DNA of 64,000 nt, taken from positions 1,280,001 to 1,344,000 of the forward strand of contig CAXXLZ010000002.1 of assembly GCA_963675595.2 (NCBI GenBank), given 5' to 3'. Origin of the DNA: Thermodesulfobacteriota bacterium. GTDB taxonomy: Bacteria > Desulfobacterota > Desulfarculia > JACQYL01. Position 1 is the stretch's first letter; every line of letters begins with the position of its first letter. The notes below the pieces were generated by a model, which was given only the letters and a program-made list of their open reading frames with translations, searched no databases and was not told where the DNA came from. A program made the position numbers and the translations under genes. Of the stretch, positions 1 through 11,900 are shown one piece after another.

Positions 1-86
1 AAGCGCGGTCGCGTCGACCCGACGGCTTCTCTTCAAGGATTGCCCTTCGGAAACAGGTAGTAAGAAACACACTCGAGGAGGAACGG

Positions 87-1208
87 ATGTTATCCAAAGC
101 CGAAATCATTGAGAAAGCCTATGCCCTTCAATTCGACGAAATCGGATTCACCACGGCCGAGCCTTTCGAGGCGCAGAAGCAAGTTCTGCTCGAGCGCAAG
201 GAGGAATATGCCGCTCTCACGACGCGCCTGGATCTGGTGGGTGGTACGGATCCCAAGAGCATCATGCCCGAAGCCGAATCCATCATCGTACTCACGGCCA
301 TGTACTACAAGGAGTCTTTCGACCCCGTGATGGAGGCTCATTTCGGCCGCCTGTACATCGACGAAGACCGGGTGCTCAAGCAAGAGCTGGTCCGCCGAAC
401 CAAGGATTTCGTCCGCTTTCTCGAAGAAGACGGTATGAAGGCCAAGGCGTCCTACGCGCTGCCTCACCGAGCCTGTGCCGGACGAGCGGGCATAGGAAGC
501 GTGGGTAAGAACTGCCTCATGTATTCCGCCAAACCGGGCTATGAAAACTCCTGGCTCATCCCTGCAACGATCCTGGTGGATCGTGCATATGCCCCGGACG
601 AATCACACGATGCAAACAAGTACGACTGCCCCGATTGGTGCAGGAACGCGTGCATCGTCTCATGTCCCACCGGGGCGTTGCGGGGCCCTCGAAAGCTGGA
701 TCCCCGGAAATGCATTTCCAATTTGTCTTACTACGCCAAGGAGATCACGCCCCTTGAGATGCGGGAAGCCATGGGCCTTTGGGTGTATGGCTGCGATCGT
801 TGCCAGAACGTCTGTCCCCGAAACGACGCCTGGAGAGCCAAGGAACGTCCGGTCAATCCACGGGTGGCCGCCAAAGCGCCGGATCTTACGCTTCCCGCTC
901 TGCTTCATATGGACGTGGAATATTTCAACACCAAAGTCCGGCCCCACATGTTCTACATCCCGGAGGAGGACCTGTGGCTCTGGAAGATGAACGTGGCCCG
1001 AGTCATGGGCAATACGCACGACCGAAAATACGTTCCCGACCTGATTCGGGCGTTTCATGAGAACGACGATGAACGGGTCCTGGGCATCATTGCCTGGTCC
1101 CTGGGACGTCTGGGCGGTGCCCAAGCCCGCACGGCCCTGGAGAGTTTCCTCGAGAAAAGCGAGGGCTTGGTCCGGCGGGAAATTGAACAGGCATTGGCCA
1201 TGTGTTGA
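87..1208 (+). CDS. Epoxyqueuosine reductase (QueG)-like Fe-S protein with C-terminal HEAT-like repeat
   Basis: GAGGAGG RBS; CPDWCRNACIVSCPTGAL and YGCDRCQNVCP cluster motifs; LDPRKCIS; C-terminal AWSLGRLG HEAT-like helices. Confidence 0.75.
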   Translation: MLSKAEIIEKAYALQFDEIGFTTAEPFEAQKQVLLERKEEYAALTTRLDLVGGTDPKSIMPEAESIIVLTAMYYKESFDPVMEAHFGRLYIDEDRVLKQELVRRTKDFVRFLEEDGMKAKASYALPHRACAGRAGIGSVGKNCLMYSAKPGYENSWLIPATILVDRAYAPDESHDANKYDCPDWCRNACIVSCPTGALRGPRKLDPRKCISNLSYYAKEITPLEMREAMGLWVYGCDRCQNVCPRNDAWRAKERPVNPRVAAKAPDLTLPALLHMDVEYFNTKVRPHMFYIPEEDLWLWKMNVARVMGNTHDRKYVPDLIRAFHENDDERVLGIIAWSLGRLGGAQARTALESFLEKSEGLVRREIEQALAMC

Positions 1209-1737
1209 TCGACAGGTCCGAGATATCGAGACGACCCGCGCCCCCGGCATGGTTATCGCCCGCGAAGGCGTAACACTCGGGTTGACCCCCCCGGAGCCGG
1301 CGCTGTCAAGGGAAAAGCGGCCCCCCGTTTCCCGTCCGGGTCGGCGCCGACGACCGGCCTTTGCTGTGGACGATCGCTTCATGATCCGCCGAATAAGTGC
1401 CGATGCTCTTGTCTCAGTCTTTGTCGCCGCAGGAATCGAGACCATTGAGGTCAGGATTTCCGCATGACGATCGTACCGAATACGAAGCGTTATCTCCTTC
1501 CCGCCGTCCTTGTGGCGGTTCGGTAATTGAACACGAATGAAGTATGTGTTGTGCTGCTTACATTTTTTGTATATTTTGAGACTGACTGACAATGACTCCA
1601 ATATTAATTTTGGGTGTGAAGACGTCGATCTTCCGAAGATCAACCTCACAACGCCGTCTGCTTATTTCCGGTCCGACCTGCCGACTAGCGGATGTCCGAT
1701 CACTCAGCCTTGACCACCGTCCGGCAGGGGGAACTAC

Positions 1738-4647
1738 ATGACGGGATGGCTCATCCCATCGATCATCGCCACACTGATGTGCACCATCATACTGGCGTCA
1801 ACCTATTACTTCCTGTACCGAAGCGACAGAAAACCTTATCTGGGCATCTGGACTTGGGGATGGTTCGTCTATGGCTTAAGATTCGTCTTCATGCTCCTAC
1901 ACATCTCCGCGACTTCCCCGAATCTCAAAACACTATTTCTAGTCGCCAACCAAGTCGTTTCTCTAGCAAGCGGAATTCTACTTCTTTGGGGCGTTCATGT
2001 ATTCTTGAATCGAAGATTCCATAAGTATTGGTTATTTTTAGGCATCTTGTTTTCTCTATATATCGCACTGCTCGGAATGTTTTCCGTCCCCTTTTTCCAT
2101 CTGACCCTCCCCACTTTCTTGTTCCTGGGATTGGTTTACGTGTGGACGGGTGTCATTTTTCTTCGCTGGAATCAGGACGGTGAGGCTTCATTCAGAATAC
2201 TTGGAATATCTTTCATTCTGTGGGGCGTTCACAAAGCCGATTATCCGATTCTTCGTCCTGTGGCGTGGCTCGCTCCCTGGGGTTATCTCTTGGGCGCCGC
2301 GTTGGCTCTCGTGGTCGCCATCGGAATGCTGATGGTCTATTTCAAGCGTACACAGAAACGCATGGAACAGAGCGAAGAAAAATACCGCCTGGTGGTCGAG
2401 AATGCCGGTGACGCCGTTTTTGTCGCTCAGGAAGGCATGCTGCAATTCGTTAATAAAAAGGCGGAGGAACTCAGCGGCTTCACGGCGGAAGAGCTTCGCT
2501 CTCGACCTTTCGTGAATTTCATCCACCCGGACGATCGTGGCCTTGTGCTGGAACGCCACGCCCAACGCCAACGGGGCGAAGAAATCCCTTCCAGCTACGC
2601 CTTCAGAATTATTCACAAATCGGGCGAAGAGAAGTGGGTTGAGCTGAACGCCGTGCCCATCGACTGGCAAGGAAAAGCCTCGAGCTTGAATTTTCTGCGC
2701 GACATCACCGAGAGGAACCGGGCTGCGGAAGCGCTGCAAGAAAGCGAGGAACGACTTCGGCTATCTCTGGCCGGATCCGGGATCAGTTTCTGGGAGTGGT
2801 TCCCCGAAACCGGTCGCCTCCGCTTGGACGACTCCTGGGTGAAGCTCCTGGCGTTGGAGCCCGACAAACAAGCGGTTGATTTCCAGTGGTGGTGGAATCG
2901 TGTGCACCCCGACAGCATGCCCGTATTCGAAGAAGCCTTGAAAGGCTATCTTGAGGGCGACCGTTCGAGATTCGAACTGGAATATCGGATTCAAACCGAC
3001 TCCGGCGCCTGGAAGTGGGTGTGGGCGGCCGGCGAATGCGTCCAATGGAATGCCGAAGGCAAACCCATGCGTTTTCTGGGCACTCACAGAGACATTACGG
3101 CTCGGAAGCAGGTTGAGGAAAGCCTTTCCTTGTCTGTGAAGGAATGGCAAAGCACCTTCGACGCCACGCATGACGCTATTTGGATCATCGACAAGGAACA
3201 CCGGATTCTTCGCTCCAACAAAACCGCGTCCGAGATTTTCCAGCGTCCCATCGAAGAAATCATCGGCAAACACTGCTGGGAGATCGTTCACGGAACCGAC
3301 GGCGTCATTCCCGAATGTCCCTGTCCCAGAGCGGAAATCAGCCGCCGCCGGGAGAACATGGAACTTCGGCTCAACGGCAAGTGGTTCGAGGTTACCGTGG
3401 ATCCCATTCCGGACGCGCGGGGAGAATATTCGGGCGCCGTCCACATCGTCACCGATATCACCGAGCGAAAACACGCCGAACTGGAGAAGGAAAAACTTCA
3501 GGCCCAGTTGGAGCAATCCCGGAAAATGGAGTCGGTGGGACGGCTCGCGGGCGGAGTGGCACACGATTTCAACAACATGCTTGGAGTGATCCTGGGCCAT
3601 ACGGAACTTGCCATGTGCGAACCGGCCCTTTCCCCATCTCTATTGCAGGCCCTGGAAGAAATTGAAAAGGCCGCTCGGCGATCCGCGGACCTCACACAGC
3701 AGTTGCTCGCCTTCGCCCGCAGGCAGACGGCCGCACCCAGGGTGCTTGATCTGAACGAAACGGTGTCCGGCATGCTCAACATGCTCAGGCGGCTCATCGG
3801 AGAAGACATCGACTTGGCGTGGTCTCCCGGAAAGGGACTTTGGCCGATCAAGATGGACCCCGTGCAGATCGACCAAATCCTGGCCAACCTTTGCGTCAAC
3901 GGCCGTGATGCCATCGGCGGTGTGGGCAGGATATCCATCGAAACTCGAAACGAGGTCATCGACGAGGTCTACTGCATGGATCATGGGGAGTGTGTTCCCG
4001 GAGACTACGTGCTCATCACGGTGGACGACAACGGATGCGGCATGGATAAGGAAACTCTGGAGACTCTCTTCGAGCCGTTTTTCACCACCAAGGAAGTGGG
4101 AGAAGGGACCGGCCTGGGCCTGGCCACGGTCTACGGTATCGTCAAACAGAACAACGGTTTCATCAATGTTTATAGTGAGCCCGGCGTGGGCACCACGTTC
4201 AAAGTCTATCTCCCGCGGACACGGCAACTCCTGAAGACAAAGGGAAAAGCCGCCGTGAAAACCACCGCCGAGGGAACCGAAACCGTTCTGTTGGTGGAAG
4301 ACGAAGAATCGATTCTGCGTCTGGGCAAGGCCGTTCTCGAACGATCAGGCTATTCGGTCCTCGCGGCCCGTACTCCCAAAGAAGCGCTCACCCTGGTCGA
4401 AGGGTGTGAGGGGCCCATTCATCTATTGGTGACCGACGTGGTCATGCCCGAAATGAACGGTAAGGAACTGAAGTCACGAATCGAAAAGCTCAGGCCCGAC
4501 ATCAAGGCCGTCTTCATGTCCGGCTACACGGCCAACGCCATCGTGCACCGTGGAATCCTAGAGGAGAAAGTTGATTTTCTGCCCAAACCTTTCTCCGTGG
4601 ATTCACTCGTCGGTAAGGTGCGCGAGGTACTGGATCGAAGGGATTAA
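1738..4647 (+). CDS. Membrane hybrid sensor histidine kinase (multi-TM, 3 PAS, HisKA, HATPase, REC)
   Basis: About 7 hydrophobic segments; PAS motifs (FIHPDDR, RDITER); H-box [13 protein letters not shown]; DNGCGM and GTGLGL; receiver VLLVEDE/TDVVMP/PKPF. Confidence 0.93.
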   Translation: MTGWLIPSIIATLMCTIILASTYYFLYRSDRKPYLGIWTWGWFVYGLRFVFMLLHISATSPNLKTLFLVANQVVSLASGILLLWGVHVFLNRRFHKYWLFLGILFSLYIALLGMFSVPFFHLTLPTFLFLGLVYVWTGVIFLRWNQDGEASFRILGISFILWGVHKADYPILRPVAWLAPWGYLLGAALALVVAIGMLMVYFKRTQKRMEQSEEKYRLVVENAGDAVFVAQEGMLQFVNKKAEELSGFTAEELRSRPFVNFIHPDDRGLVLERHAQRQRGEEIPSSYAFRIIHKSGEEKWVELNAVPIDWQGKASSLNFLRDITERNRAAEALQESEERLRLSLAGSGISFWEWFPETGRLRLDDSWVKLLALEPDKQAVDFQWWWNRVHPDSMPVFEEALKGYLEGDRSRFELEYRIQTDSGAWKWVWAAGECVQWNAEGKPMRFLGTHRDITARKQVEESLSLSVKEWQSTFDATHDAIWIIDKEHRILRSNKTASEIFQRPIEEIIGKHCWEIVHGTDGVIPECPCPRAEISRRRENMELRLNGKWFEVTVDPIPDARGEYSGAVHIVTDITERKHAELEKEKLQAQLEQSRKMESVGRLAGGVAHDFNNMLGVILGHTELAMCEPALSPSLLQALEEIEKAARRSADLTQQLLAFARRQTAAPRVLDLNETVSGMLNMLRRLIGEDIDLAWSPGKGLWPIKMDPVQIDQILANLCVNGRDAIGGVGRISIETRNEVIDEVYCMDHGECVPGDYVLITVDDNGCGMDKETLETLFEPFFTTKEVGEGTGLGLATVYGIVKQNNGFINVYSEPGVGTTFKVYLPRTRQLLKTKGKAAVKTTAEGTETVLLVEDEESILRLGKAVLERSGYSVLAARTPKEALTLVEGCEGPIHLLVTDVVMPEMNGKELKSRIEKLRPDIKAVFMSGYTANAIVHRGILEEKVDFLPKPFSVDSLVGKVREVLDRRD

Positions 4648-4777
4648 GGTTTTGCTGCATCAATCCGCACCAGTGGGGCTTTTCACTAAGCGGCCCCTCT
4701 AAAATAATGCCGAGCATGGTTCCACCGCGCGTCTCGCGCCTTGAAGCCCGCCTCATGTGAACGAACCGCCTCCCGGC

Positions 4778-5632
4778 TCAGACCCGCGCGCTTATGAAAC
4801 GCGCAAGCGTACCGGCCTTCAATTTGTCCGTCCGGCCCTGAAAATATCGGGCGTTTATTTCCTCCGGACCCATATCCACCACGTGTCCGAACCCCATCTC
4901 CGTCAGCCCGTTCCTCAGGGAAGCGGGATCGAAAAAGCTCCGGAACGGCTCTCCGCCCTCTTCCACGGAGCGTGCAATCACTTCGAAGGCCCGGCGTGAT
5001 TCGGGACTCAGCAGTGACGGCGATATCATGTAGTCGAAAACGATCCCGCTGTCCACGGGCAGGGATGCCGCGAACCGCAATGTGGCGGTGATCGCGGCGT
5101 CGGTGAGATAAAGGGTCACTCCGAGCCAGGAAAAAAACGCGGGCTTTCCGACATCGAAGCCGACCCGCCCAAGTCCCTCGTCAAGCGTACCGGTCTCGAA
5201 ATCCACAGGCGCGAAAGTGAGATTCGGCGGTATGGGGATGCCCGTCTCCTCAAGATGCGCGTGCTTCCAGGTCTGGACGGCCGGAGAGTCCACTTCGAAG
5301 ACCCGCAGGACGCTTTCGGGATACGGATTCCGATAGGCGAAGGTATCCAGGCCCGCTCCAAGCACAACATATTGTTGAACGCCGCGACGAACGGCAGTCT
5401 CGAGCTCTTCCTCGGCGAACCGACTGCGAGCCGCCAATGAAGCCCGCAACACGTGTGAGATGGGATTCTCCGCCGGCCAATCCGGCCGAGCCTGCAGCGA
5501 TTCGGCGTCTTCCGCTCCCAGAATGCGGAGCGCAAGGGGATCGTCGAATACTTTGGGATCGTCCAGAATTTGATGCGCGGCGCGGCGCATGGCGACTTGC
5601 AGGGCGGTTCTGCTTGGACAGGTTTCTTTCAT
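4778..5632 (-). CDS. Class I SAM-dependent methyltransferase, leucine carboxyl methyltransferase (LCM)-like family
   Basis: SRTALQVAMRRA, ARSRFAE, QYVVLGAGLDT, VFEVD, WLGVTLYL; start chosen at MKETCP (ATG 5632). Confidence 0.85.
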   Translation of the reverse strand: MKETCPSRTALQVAMRRAAHQILDDPKVFDDPLALRILGAEDAESLQARPDWPAENPISHVLRASLAARSRFAEEELETAVRRGVQQYVVLGAGLDTFAYRNPYPESVLRVFEVDSPAVQTWKHAHLEETGIPIPPNLTFAPVDFETGTLDEGLGRVGFDVGKPAFFSWLGVTLYLTDAAITATLRFAASLPVDSGIVFDYMISPSLLSPESRRAFEVIARSVEEGGEPFRSFFDPASLRNGLTEMGFGHVVDMGPEEINARYFQGRTDKLKAGTLARFISARV

Positions 5633-5945
5633 GGACCACCTCGGACTTATGGGAATGTTGTGGAATATGTTTTTCACGGGAGGTCGAACCAAGACCGCGT
5701 CCGCCGTGACCTTCGTTGCATCGGATGATCGCCGGCCGAGATTCGCCGGACGAGGAAAAAGATGCGCCGAGGTTCGACAGTCGGTTGAAAAAGTCGGATT
5801 ATTATCGCTGAAAAACGATAACATGCAAGGCGCGCAAACCCCGAGCGGATGATACGTACATGAAAGTACGTCGCAGTGACGAGAAATGATGCACAGCATC
5901 GCGGATCGCGTTTTTCGCCGGCCTGATGATAAAGGAGAATTACCG

Positions 5946-6455
5946 ATGCGTATTACCGAAGAGAATTGGAAAAGAATTAGAAAGTTCTGGGGCGATGCGG
6001 CACGTGTAAGCGCCTCCGCGAAGCTGCCGTATTGCGTTTTTGCGACGGTCAATGAAGACGGGTCTCCCCGTTTGGCTCCTTATGGTTCTCTGATCCTGCA
6101 GGAAAACAAAAGTGGATTCTATTTCGACAGATTTTCTCGACACACATCTCAAAATCTGAATCGAGATCAACGGATATGCGTCTTACTGCTGAAAACCGAC
6201 AAATGGTTTTGGATGAAGGCGCTTCTTTTGGGAAGATTCGACCATGCTCCGGGCATACGGCTCATGGGCACCGTTGGAAGCAAAAGAGAAGCCGACACGG
6301 AGGAAATTTCCGCTTTTCGGAAGCCTCTGAGAAGGTTCAGGATATTCAAAGGATACCAGCCTCTATGGGGAACGGTGAAGCATGGCCGGGAAATCCACTT
6401 CGAATCCTTCGAGACCGTAAACTGCGGACCCATGAAGTATTTGGAGGCCGTATAA
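5946..6455 (+). CDS. Pyridoxamine 5'-phosphate oxidase-like FMN-binding protein
   Basis: AAAGGAG RBS; FATVNEDGSPRLAPYGS and TSQNL motifs. Confidence 0.75.
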   Translation: MRITEENWKRIRKFWGDAARVSASAKLPYCVFATVNEDGSPRLAPYGSLILQENKSGFYFDRFSRHTSQNLNRDQRICVLLLKTDKWFWMKALLLGRFDHAPGIRLMGTVGSKREADTEEISAFRKPLRRFRIFKGYQPLWGTVKHGREIHFESFETVNCGPMKYLEAV

Positions 6456-6607
6456 CATCAGCCCGTTAAAAAAATCCGGTCGCCGCAGGTCGCGTTTTCC
6501 ACCGGCCTGCGGACGGCACTTCTCAACACCCTGAGACGGATTCCCTTTCCCTTCCGCCTTCCGTCTTTTTCCATAATATCGCTCTTTTCCTCTCTGTTTC
6601 ACCCGCT

Positions 6608-6635
6608 TGACTTTCACCTTTTATTCACCTAATCT
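6608..6635 (+). promoter_or_regulatory. Putative sigma70 promoter of lexA, overlapped by TTCACCT direct repeats (candidate LexA operator)
   Basis: TTGACT (6608-6613) and TAATCT (6630-6635); TTCACCT at 6613 and 6624; additional TTCACC at 6598. Confidence 0.5.
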
Positions 6636-6680
6636 GATTCCCATCATCGCCGGCCGCCAAAGATTTCGGGAGGAACGTAC

Positions 6681-7307
6681 ATGGGAATCACCCCGGCTCA
6701 ATCACGTGTTTATCAATTCATTCAAAAATACATACGGGAGAACGGAACCTCACCGTCCTACGAGGAAATCCGACGAAACCTCGGGTTCCAATCCCTGAAC
6801 GCCGTATACAAGCACCTTAAGCAGCTCGAACGCCGAGGAATGATCCAAAGTCCCTGGCAAAACCGAAAACGGGCGCTGGACCTCCTCCCTGTAACCACCG
6901 GAGCGGTCTCCATCCCTTTTCTCGGCGTGGTGGCCGCCGGCGCTCCCATCGAAGCCGTCGAACTGCCCGAATCCATCGAGGTGCCCGAAAGCTTCCTGGG
7001 CGGCGGCGACAACTTCGCCCTTCGGGTCCAGGGAGAATCCATGATCGACGAAGGCATCCGAGAAGGGGACATCCTCATCATCGCTCGGCAGCCTCATGCG
7101 GAAAACGGCCGGACCGTGGTGGCCCTCGTAAAGGGCGAGGCCACCGTCAAAAAATTCTACCAGTCCGGCGAAGAAGTGGAACTCCGGCCGGCGAATCGTG
7201 AAATGGCTCCCATCCGCGTCCCGGCCGCCCATGTGGAAATCGTGGGCGTGGTGGTGGGTCTCCTGCGCCATTACCGGCCTCGTCGCTTCGGAAACGGGGG
7301 AACGTGA
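6681..7307 (+). CDS. lexA: Transcriptional repressor LexA
   Basis: wHTH SPSYEEI...HLKQLERRG; VAAG cleavage site; GESM serine; TVKK lysine; GGGAGG RBS. Confidence 0.95.
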   Translation: MGITPAQSRVYQFIQKYIRENGTSPSYEEIRRNLGFQSLNAVYKHLKQLERRGMIQSPWQNRKRALDLLPVTTGAVSIPFLGVVAAGAPIEAVELPESIEVPESFLGGGDNFALRVQGESMIDEGIREGDILIIARQPHAENGRTVVALVKGEATVKKFYQSGEEVELRPANREMAPIRVPAAHVEIVGVVVGLLRHYRPRRFGNGGT

Positions 7308-7403
7308 TCGGACATACGAATGAAGGAAACCGGAAAGCTCAAGAAATCCCTTTTTCCGTCCGCTTCGAACAATTCGAACAGGAAATCATAATTTCTCGAC
7401 GCC

Positions 7404-8582
7404 ATGAACGAACCCGACAGAAACATCGTGCATCTCGATGTACCCGATTTTTATACCGCTCTGGAGGAATTACGCCGGCCGGAGCTCAAACGGGGTCCTC
7501 TGATCCTGGCGGAGCCGGGACCTCGGACCGTGGTCCGAAGCGTCAACGAAAACGCACGCAAGGAAGGCATCCTGGAAGGCATGCCGTTGATCCGAGCCCG
7601 CAGGCTCTGCGGAAAGCTCAAAGTGATCCCCCCGGACTTCGGTTTCTATCAGGAACGGCACGTGCGCATCGTCCGGGAACTCGGCCGCTTTTCCCCCCGG
7701 GTGGAAGGCGCTTTTCCCGGATGTTACTTCATCGACCTCACGGGAACCCAACGGCTTTTGGGAGCCCCCGCGGACGTGGCCTGCCGTCTGGAAGACCGGC
7801 TGGCGGACGAAATGAGCCTCCAGGGAAGAGCGGGACTCGGAGGCAACAAGTTGATCAGTCGGGTGGCGGCCCATTCCATCGTTCCGGGGGATCTATGCCG
7901 TGTTTTTCCCGGCTCCGAAACCTCCTTCCTGGCCCCCATGCCGGTGACCGTACTTCCCGGTATCGGCCCTAAGGTCTCCTCCCGCCTCGAGGATTTCAAC
8001 ATCCGCTTGGTGGGCGGGCTGGCCTCCATCCCCCCGGAAGACCTCTCCCTGGTGTTCGGCCGGGCGGGCGACCGACTTTCCCGATTGGCCCGGGGCATCG
8101 ATCCCGCTCCCGTCATTCCTTTCGAGCAGGTTCCTCGGCTTCGGCTGGTCCGAAACCTGAAAGAACGAGTCATGGAGTTGCCCCGACTCGAAAGCATCCT
8201 GTTCCAACAGGTGGAGGAGGCGGGCTGGATTCTCCGGAGGCACAACCGGATTCCGGGCGAAGCCGTTCTGGAAACGCGCTACGCGGACGGCGCCGCCGCC
8301 CGGGAAAAACGACGACTCGTTCCCGTTTCGACGCACCTGGACCTTCGCCTGTTCCTCACCCTGCAACCCGCTCTGGAAGCCTTGGTAAAACGCCGGGTGG
8401 CCGTCCAACGAATCATTCTCGAACTCTCCCGGTTTTCCATGCCCTTCCGGCAGATGGCCCTGTTCTCCATGGAAGAGCCGGAAGCGGAGCGGGAACGGTC
8501 CCTGCAGACCGCCCTGGACCATGTGCGTCGTCGCTTCGGCCCCCGGGCCGTCTCCTGGGGCCGAACCTTGGCGGACCGGTGA
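7404..8582 (+). CDS. Y-family polymerase-like protein, probably catalytically inactive (ImuB-like)
   Basis: IVHLDVPDFY, ARKEGILEGMP, LPGIGPK; SIDE acidic pair replaced by AFPGC; QMALF beta-clamp-like motif; lies between lexA and dnaE2. Confidence 0.8.
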   Translation: MNEPDRNIVHLDVPDFYTALEELRRPELKRGPLILAEPGPRTVVRSVNENARKEGILEGMPLIRARRLCGKLKVIPPDFGFYQERHVRIVRELGRFSPRVEGAFPGCYFIDLTGTQRLLGAPADVACRLEDRLADEMSLQGRAGLGGNKLISRVAAHSIVPGDLCRVFPGSETSFLAPMPVTVLPGIGPKVSSRLEDFNIRLVGGLASIPPEDLSLVFGRAGDRLSRLARGIDPAPVIPFEQVPRLRLVRNLKERVMELPRLESILFQQVEEAGWILRRHNRIPGEAVLETRYADGAAAREKRRLVPVSTHLDLRLFLTLQPALEALVKRRVAVQRIILELSRFSMPFRQMALFSMEEPEAERERSLQTALDHVRRRFGPRAVSWGRTLADR

Positions 8583-8698
8583 AAGACGCGATATGCGGTG
8601 TTGCGCTTCATCCCTCGTCATTGCAGCGTACTTCTATGTACGCTTCACTCCTCGAGATTCGCGCGCCTTGCATCTCATCGTTTTTCACCGGGTCCGCC
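8570..8698 (+). repeat. REP/MITE-like palindromic element, family A copy 1
   Basis: Imperfect IR 8570-8588 / 8679-8698; core GTTGCGCTTCATCCCTCGTCATTGCAGCGTACTTCTATGTACGCT aligns with the reverse complement of 57609-57702. Confidence 0.8.
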
Positions 8699-8912
8699 GG
8701 AACTGAACTCTTTCAACACACTGTCGAAGGATGGTACGGCCTGGAAAGCTGAAAAACCGTAAGGCGGACGTACGATTTCGGTGGATCCCGATCCCGCACC
8801 ACTTTCATGTACAAAAGGATTCCGAACCGTGCGGGCCCCGCCCGCTCCGGCGGGTTTCCTCCGAAAATTCCTTCAAAAATAACATTAAACGAAAAACGGC
8901 ATTCTCATACCC

Positions 8913-11900
8913 ATGACCGGCGCTTTCGTTCATTTGCACGTGCATTCCCACTACTCTTTCCTGTGGGGGACCCATTCGATGGAGGGCCTTTGTGCCGGAG
9001 CGGCAAAGGCGGGCATGGAGTCCCTGGCGTTAACGGACACCAACGGGCTGTACGGGCTGATTCGTTTCCTCGATGCCGCGCGCAGGCACCGAATTCGACC
9101 CCTGGTGGGCGCTTTGGTCAAGACCGACGCCGAGTCCGCCGTGGTGCTGGTCAAAACGGCGCGCGGTTACGAACTGTTGTGCAAGCTGCTCACGCAACGG
9201 CACTTGGATGCCCGCTTTTCCCTGGCGGCGGAAATGCCTACGGCTCCCGGGGACTTGGCGGTGCTGACTTCCGACCCGACTTTGTTAAAGGCGCTGGAAG
9301 GTCGCACGGACCGTTGGGTGGAATTGGTTCCCGGACCGCAGGCGCGCCGCGCCCTGGACACGGCCCGGCAAATCGCGCTGCCCATCACGGCTTCCAATGC
9401 GGTGTACTTTGCAGACGCCGACGCTCATCCTTTCCATCGGCTTTTGCGGGCCATCGACCTCAACGTCACCTTGAGCACCCTCCCGGCCGGAGAAACCGTC
9501 TCAGCCGAGCAATGGCTCAAGCCCTCTTCCCTCATGGCCCGCCTGCTTCCTTTTTGCCCCGAAGCCTTACGCAACTCGGCGCTGTTGGCCTCCCGATGCC
9601 TCACGGAATGGGATGCCTTCCGACCCGTGTTCCCGGACTACCGGGACGCCCGCGGGGACCATTTTCACCTGCTCCTCGACCGGTGCCGCCGGGGCATCCC
9701 GTGGCGATACGGAAGCGGCAACGAGGCCGTTGAAGCCCGGCTCGCGGAGGAACTGGACCTGATCCGGGCCAAAGGATACGTGGATTACTTTTTGGTGGTG
9801 GCCGACGTGGTGCGTCTACGCCCCATCCATTGCGGGCGGGGCAGCGCTGCGGCCTCATTGGTAAGCTACCTTTTGGGCATCACCCATGTGGACCCTCTTC
9901 GTCATCGGCTGGTGTTCAGTCGTTTCCTGAACCCCAAACGCAAGGATTTTCCCGACATCGACGTGGATTTTCCCTGGGACGAACGGGACGGGTTGCTGGA
10001 AGAGCTAAGTATCCATTACGGTCCCGAACGCATGGCCATGGTGGCCAATCACGTGGGATTCGGCGCCAGGGCCGCCGTTCGGGAAGTGGCCAAACAGTAC
10101 GGAATTCCTGCGGCGGAAATCAAGAACGTCACCCGCCGCCTGAGCCATTGGACTCATCCGGCCCGAATTCGGGAGCGAATGAATTCCCACCCCAAGTTCC
10201 GGGGTTTCCATCCGGACGAACCCTGGCCCGAAATCTTCCGATGGGCGGCACGCCTCGAAGGAATTCCGCGACACCTGGCCACCCATTGCGGAGGCGTAAT
10301 CTTCGCTCCCGACCAAGTTTCCAAGTACGTGCCCGTACAGCAAAGCCCCAAGGGCGTCCGCATCATCCAATGGGAAAAGGACCAGGCGGAGGAAGGCGGC
10401 TTGGTGAAGGTCGACCTGTTGGGCAATCGTTCCCTGGCCGTGATCCGGGATGCGCTGACCGCCGTGAGGCGAAACACGGGTCGGAGTCCGGATTACGCAG
10501 CCCTGAACCCTCTGGAAGACCCCGAAACCCTCGAACTGCTCCGGCGCGGGGACACCATGGGCGTGTTCTATGTCGAATCCCCGTCCATGCGCCAGTTACA
10601 GCGAAAAACCGGACACGGGGATTTCGAACACTTGGTGATCCATTCTTCCATCATTCGTCCCGCGGCCAACAAGTACATACGGGAGTATATCCGACGCCTC
10701 AAGGGAGGTTCCTACCGACCCCTGCACCCGGCCCTGGGTGATCTCCTCTCCGAAACCTACGGTATCCTGGTCTACCAGGAAGACGTGGTGCAGGCGGCCA
10801 TGGCTCTGGCCGGATTCGACTGGGCGGAGGCGGACGGCCTGCGCAAAGTGCTCAGCAAAAAGAGTCCCCGAAAACTCGAAGAGTACCGCCGACGATTCGA
10901 GGAAGGCTGCCTTGGACGCAAGGTTTCAAGGCAGGTGATCGGTCGGGTTTGGGAAATGTTTTTGTCCTTTGCCGGATATTCCTTTTGCAAACCCCATTCC
11001 GCGTCCTACGCCCTGGTCAGCTTCAAATCGGCCTTTCTCAAGGCTCATCATCCCGCCGAGTTCATGGCCGCGGTCATCAGCAACGGAGGCGGCTACTATA
11101 CCACCTTCGCCTATGTATCCGAAGCGCGCCGCATGGGCCTCCGAGTGACGAGGCCGGATGTGAACCAAAGCGAGTGGTGTTGGACGGGTCGTGGGCAAGA
11201 GATTCGAATGGGCTTCCAACAACTCCGGGGAATCCGACGAGAAACGCTGGAAAAGCTCCTGGAGGAACGGCAAACCCGGGGAAGATACCGTTCTATGGAA
11301 GACCTGCTGACACGGCTGCGCCCATCGCCCTCGGATGCCGTGATCCTGGCCAAAAGCGGGGCTATGGATTCCCTGGCCCGGCCCTTCAACCGCCCTCGCC
11401 TGCTTTGGGGCCTGGAAGCGTGGATTCGCAGACACGAAGGTGTCTCTCCCGGGTTCTTCGGATCGATTCCCGGCTCCTTTTTCGACGCCGTTCCGAACCT
11501 GCCGGACCCGCCTTCCTGGAAATATTGGGAACAAGAGGAGGAGAGCCTGGGCTTTCCCTTGTCCATACATCCCCTCACTCGATTCGATATCGAGGCCGCG
11601 AGAGGGCCTGAAAAGATCATCCCGGCCTCCGATTTGGCAAATTATGAGGGGCGCACGGTCCGGGTCTTGGGATGGCCCGTCACACGCAAGGAGGTGCTCA
11701 CACGCAAGGGAGAGCCTATGGAATTCGTGTCCTTCGAGGACCGGACGACTCTGTACGAAGCCGTGTTCTTTCCCGAGGCGTTTCGCCGGTTCTGCCGGGA
11801 AGTGGACAAGGACCGGGCGGTGATTTTGCGGGGACGGGTGGACAGCGACTTCGGGGTGGTAAGCTTGAACGTCCAAGAGGTCAAACGACTGCCTTTGAAA

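Noticed and set aside
660-1649. 329-aa minus-strand ORF
   Set aside because: Antisense to the QueG-like gene, with no motif or RBS; a GC-rich shadow ORF
1540-2230. AT-richer stretch suggesting horizontal transfer
   Set aside because: Accounted for by a promoter region plus Phe/Leu/Ile-rich TM codons; no mobility signatures
7304-7972. ORF overlapping the lexA stop, considered as imuA
   Set aside because: It is an alternative frame of the imuB-like gene, Arg/Pro/Gly-rich, with no RecA-like features
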